This document shows positions 18,736-22,681 of a stretch of 22,681 bases of DNA, piece by piece (position 1 is the first letter of the stretch; each line of letters opens with the position of its first letter). Made by a program: the position numbers and the translations under genes. The DNA lies in NCBI GenBank assembly GCA_043228905.1, contig JBHGNT010000500.1:1-22681 (forward strand). Reading direction: 5' to 3'. The DNA comes from Azolla caroliniana (Eukaryota; Plantae; Polypodiophyta). A model generated the notes under the pieces. That model was not told the origin of the DNA, made no database searches, and saw only the letters and a program-made list of their open reading frames with translations.

Positions 18736-19394
18736 TGTCGTGCCTTTCGGCGCCGGATCATTTGCTTGAGTCGGGTGGGAACCGCTGGGGTTTTGGACTA
18801 GGAGGAAAGAAAATTCTAAGGCAATGAAGAATATGAAATATGTTGTAAGGAAGAAAGATATCAAAAACTCGTGAATCCCACGAGTATAGTGTATTAGTGA
18901 GTATTCATATTAAGAGAGAAAAATAGTTAGCAAATTCGTAAATCCCACGATTATATTATATGTCTCAACCCTTGTAAAATAAGCAACAACCAGGATACAT
19001 CTTTCTCTCTCCCTTATATAGTGTTGGAAGAGTCTAAGTTTATCACATGCAAGCATCATGCTTTTCCTAACTTTAGTTTTCATGCACATTGCATGTGCAT
19101 GATTAACTTTCTATCCCATCTTTTCTTTTACCTCGAGTGTGTATGCATGAATAACTTTTTGTAACATGCATATCTAGAATATTTACATGGGATAAAGTTT
19201 AGTATAACTTTACCATTCATAATATCCTAGTATAGTGGTTAGGTTGGGGGTTTTCAACGTGGAGATACAAGGTTCGAACCTTTCCCTATGCACGTAATAA
19301 ATATTTTTAATATTTTATTTTATTTATTATATGTACTTTAAATCGGATATAATATTTTACATATTTCACGTAGTGTGTGATTCATGCTACGACA
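18736..19394 (-). repeat. Gypsy 5' LTR (659 bp)
   Basis: Direct repeat of 2837-3501, adjacent to the PBS. Confidence 0.93.
19221..19308 (+). promoter_or_regulatory. Second copy of the tRNA-like Pol III module in the gypsy LTR
   Basis: A box TAGTATAGTGG 19228-19238, B box GGTTCGAACCT 19271-19281, TTTTT 19304-19308. Confidence 0.6.
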
Positions 19395-22300
19395 ACGTTT
19401 GAGCCAGACGGCTTCGCATGCGGCAACTGTTGTGCCCCTGTATCAGGCTTCTGTGCTCGACAATGCGATTATCAGCTGCTTCTTACTACTCCATGAGATC
19501 GCTCTGCTACCAAGAGAGAAAACGAATCCGGATGTGGATCGTCTGTCCGCTTTATATCCTGCCGAGTCCGCGTTTGTGTACCCTTCGAGGCGAATGATCA
19601 CATTCGTCTTGTACATAATGTCGTAGTCCATTGTCGCACTGATATACTGAAGTATCCTCTTCGCACAGTCCAGATGAAGATTTCGTAGATTTTGCATAAA
19701 CTGGCTAAGTAGGTTGACCGAATAACTGAGGTTGGGTTGCGTAATTGTCAAATAGATCAAACTACTGATCAGTTGTCGATACTAGTCGGCTCGCTCTCAA
19801 CAATTCCAAAATTGGCATCGATCTTGAGATTACAATCAAGAGGGTGAGACACAGGTTTGTACTCGGTCATGCCGAACTTGTAAAGTAAGTTGAGAATGTA
19901 GTGTCGTTGAGAGATCATTATTTCGACTAGTGTCTGAATTACTTCAATACCTAGGAAGTAATGGAGCTCGTATAGGTCTTTCATTTTGGATCGACCGGAG
20001 AGAAGTGATTTGACTTTGTTAATCTCGGCGAGATCCTTTCCTCCAATGACCAAATCATCCATGTACAGGATGATGATGATCGGTGTATCCTACTCGTTTC
20101 GGATGTATAGAGAAGTATTGGATTTTGACATCCGAAATCCGACTTGGTGAAGGTACTGCGTGATCTTGGAGTGCCAAGTACGCGGTGCTTGTTTGAGACC
20201 GTAGAGTGGCTTCTTGAGCTGACATACGGTGAGCGGATATTTACACGATTCGAATACGGGCGGTTGTATCATATACACCTCTTCTTCTAACTGTCCTTGG
20301 AGGAAAGCATTTTTCACGTCCATCCGATGGAGGTGCCATCCCTTCATTGCGGCGAGTGCAATTACTGTCCGTACAGTTGTCATCTTTGCCACCGGGGCAA
20401 AGGTTTCTTCGTAGTTTATGCCGTGGGTTTGTGCATAGCCTTTTGCAATGAGCCGTGCTTTGAAAGGATTTACGGATCCGTCGGCATTGTATTTTACTTT
20501 GTATATCCACCTGCAACCAATCGCTTTTTTGTTCGGGGGGAGAGGAACGAGTTCTCGTTTTTGCATAAAGTTTCCATCTCCTCATTCATCCTGTCGACCC
20601 ATCGCGGATCCTTTGCGGCTTCGGAAAGTGTTTCCGGTTCCCGTACTGACACTACTTTCATCATAAAGGCGTAGTGATACGCCATGCACTCGTCGTAGCC
20701 ATAAAGGTTTACGGGGTTCCTTTCACGTGTGGATCGGCGTAGCTCTCGATCTGTGGGGAGTGGCTTGCTTCGTTCCATCAATGTGGATGTCGAGATCTTC
20801 AACTTCACTATCAAGAGAGTGAAGCATCTCGATGTCTTCCTGATCTTCATATTCCCACATTTTCACCTTCCCTTTGTCCAGCTTCAGACTCAACCGAGAT
20901 GTACTTTCATCGCTCGGCAGCTCTGATGGCACACTCAGTCGTGTCGTAGTTGGGATGTCTTCTACCATCTGTGTGAACCGATCCTCAGCTCCTATTTCTA
21001 TTTCAGTGTCATCCGTGTCAAGCGGGGTTGGAGTCAAAGTATTCTCTGGTGCGTACCAGGATGCGTATTCGTCGAAGACCACATCTCGACTTGTTCGAAC
21101 CTGACGGGTAGATGGGTTATAGCATTTGTACCCCTTTTGTTCGAGTGATTATACTACGTGGATACACTTCCCCGACTTTGGGTGAAGCTTTTGCCACGTA
21201 TCGTCGAGAATATGTACGTAGGCGATAGAACCAAAAATGCAGACATGTGACAAGTCTGGTTTCTTCTCAAAGAACTTCTCATGGGGAGTTATGTCATGTA
21301 CTCCCGAGGTTGCGCACCTATTCATGAGGTATACGGCCGTGTTTATCGCTTCTGCCCAATATGATTTTGGCAGGTTCTTCTCGTTCATCATAGCCCGTGC
21401 GACTTCTAATATATGTCTATTCTTACGCTCAACTACGCCGTTTTGCTTAGGTGTATGACGACATGAGAATTCTCGTCGGATTCCTTCCTTTTGGAGATAC
21501 GACGTAAACTTATTCGAAAAGTATTCTTTGCCTCCGTTTGATCGAAGACAACGTATATGTCGACTCGTAGCTTTTTCGCCTTCGACTTTAAACCTCTGGA
21601 AGTGCCCAAACACTTTGCTCTTCTATCTCATTGGGTAGATCTAGGTATCTCTAGAGAAGTCATCTATGAACATGACATAGTATTGGCAACCTCCGAATGT
21701 TGTCATTTGGGCTGGTCCCCACAGAGCTGAATGTCTGACATCCAGGATTCCTTTGCTCACATTCCGTTCTTTCGGGAATGGGTGACGGCGTTGCTTTCTG
21801 AACTGACAAACCTCGCAAACGCCCGTAATCTCCTTTGCCGTAAAGTTCGGGAGTCCGATTACGACCTCTTTTGATTGCATGTTTTGAAGCTTCTGGAGAT
21901 TAATGTGGCTGACTCTCTTGTGCCACAGTTTTAAATCGGTTTCGACTTTCAGGCCCTTTGCGAATATGGCCGACTTTACCTCGTTCGATTCGAGCATGAA
22001 CATACGATCTTCTCGACGGCTGTGAGCTACAACTTGATCATGCCTTTCGATGAAACACCCGTCATTATTGAATCGTACTTGTATTCCTTGTTCGACAATC
22101 TGGCGGACAAAGACCAGGTTTTTTGTAATACTGGGGACATGCAACACGTTCTTGAGGTAGGTTTGTTTTTTGTTGTTTCCCAATGGGACGTTCCGGATAT
22201 GCTGTATTGGATGAGTCGTGTCATCTCCTATTTCGACATATCCGGGACGTTCGGGCTTTCGTAGTTCCCGAAACCAATATTCATGGGACGTAATGTGATT

Positions 22301-22681
22301 GGATGCTCCCGAATCGACAAACCATACGTTGTTCGGAGTGGAAGCGGTAGTTCACATTGACTGCGCTTCGTACTTCATTATGAACATTCCGCCGTAGTCG
22401 GAGTTCATGGCGTAATTTGTTAGTTGTTGGCCTTGCTCACGCTTCTTCTTCCAACACTCTTCCTCATAGTGGTCGGGTTTTCCTACGGTTTCTTGGTCCG
22501 GCGTGATGACTCCCCCTTCTGCCGAAATCTCGGGGGCGGTTTCTATTCGCTTGCCATTTGTGGGAGTTATGGTCTTGGTTGTGTCCGCGTTGGGCGAATC
22601 GACCTCTCCTTCCACGGCTTTGTCCTCTTCTTCCATCAAAGTTCGAATATAGCATTTGTCCGTCATGTGCGTTGTTCATTT
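19395..22681 (-). pseudogene. pol: Copia gag-pol polyprotein remnant (gag knuckle, PR, INT, RT, RNase H N-terminus)
   Basis: GKPDHYEEECWKK (knuckle remnant); WFVDSGASNH (protease); LWHKRVSH...CEVC and FIDDFSR...QNGVVERKNR (integrase); KARLIAKGY, MDVKNAFLQG, LYGLKQAPR, YMDDL (RT); ADRRSTSG...SSTEA (RNase H). Many stops and frameshifts. Confidence 0.93.

Larger units (their letters stand above)
2837..19394 (-). mobile_element. Degenerate non-chromovirus Ty3/gypsy LTR retrotransposon (possibly the moss Phygy-type lineage), interrupted by the chromovirus dimer
   Basis: Direct-repeat LTRs 2837-3501 and 18736-19394 with TGTC...GACA ends, tRNA-Trp PBS, PPT, gag-PR-RT-RH-INT order, and near-perfect 4-bp TSD GCGT (2833-2836) / ACGT (19395-19398). 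The lineage name is inference. Confidence 0.92.
2089..22681 (-). mobile_element. Degenerate Ty1/copia LTR retrotransposon, interrupted by the nested gypsy insertion 2837-19394; 5' LTR lies beyond the window
   Basis: Domain order on the - strand is gag zinc knuckle, protease, integrase, RT, RNase H (copia order). The RNase H frame rejoins across 19395/2832, followed by a PPT and an LTR start TGTTGAG at 2387. Confidence 0.9.

Overview
The window contains no recognisable host gene and is almost entirely a nest of LTR retrotransposons from a eukaryote. The element types suggest a non-seed land plant such as a moss (inference). Oldest to youngest: (1) a degenerate Ty1/copia element on the - strand (3' LTR about 2089-2387, pol running past the window end). 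(2) A degenerate non-chromovirus Ty3/gypsy element inserted in the copia RNase H (2837-19394, - strand, 665/659-bp LTRs, tRNA-Trp PBS, 4-bp TSD). (3) A young Tcn1/Tf1-like chromovirus inserted in the gypsy RT-RNase H junction (5248-15476, + strand, TSD GCTTT). It is a head-to-tail dimer of two apparently identical 4895-bp units sharing three 439-bp LTRs. A further gypsy gag remnant (1-950) and an AT-rich, possibly DNA-transposon-derived stretch (about 1104-1928) lie at the left. The strongest signals are in the LTRs. Both gypsy families carry a tRNA-like RNA polymerase III promoter (A box + B box at the same canonical tRNA spacing) in U3, oriented antisense to the element. The chromovirus LTR also has an extended heat-shock element abutting its TATA box, a self-priming PBS with a palindromic copy at the predicted U3/R border, and a repeated TAGTACTA palindrome. 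The element has a -1 frameshift signal at its gag-pol junction. All alignments and counts were made by eye.
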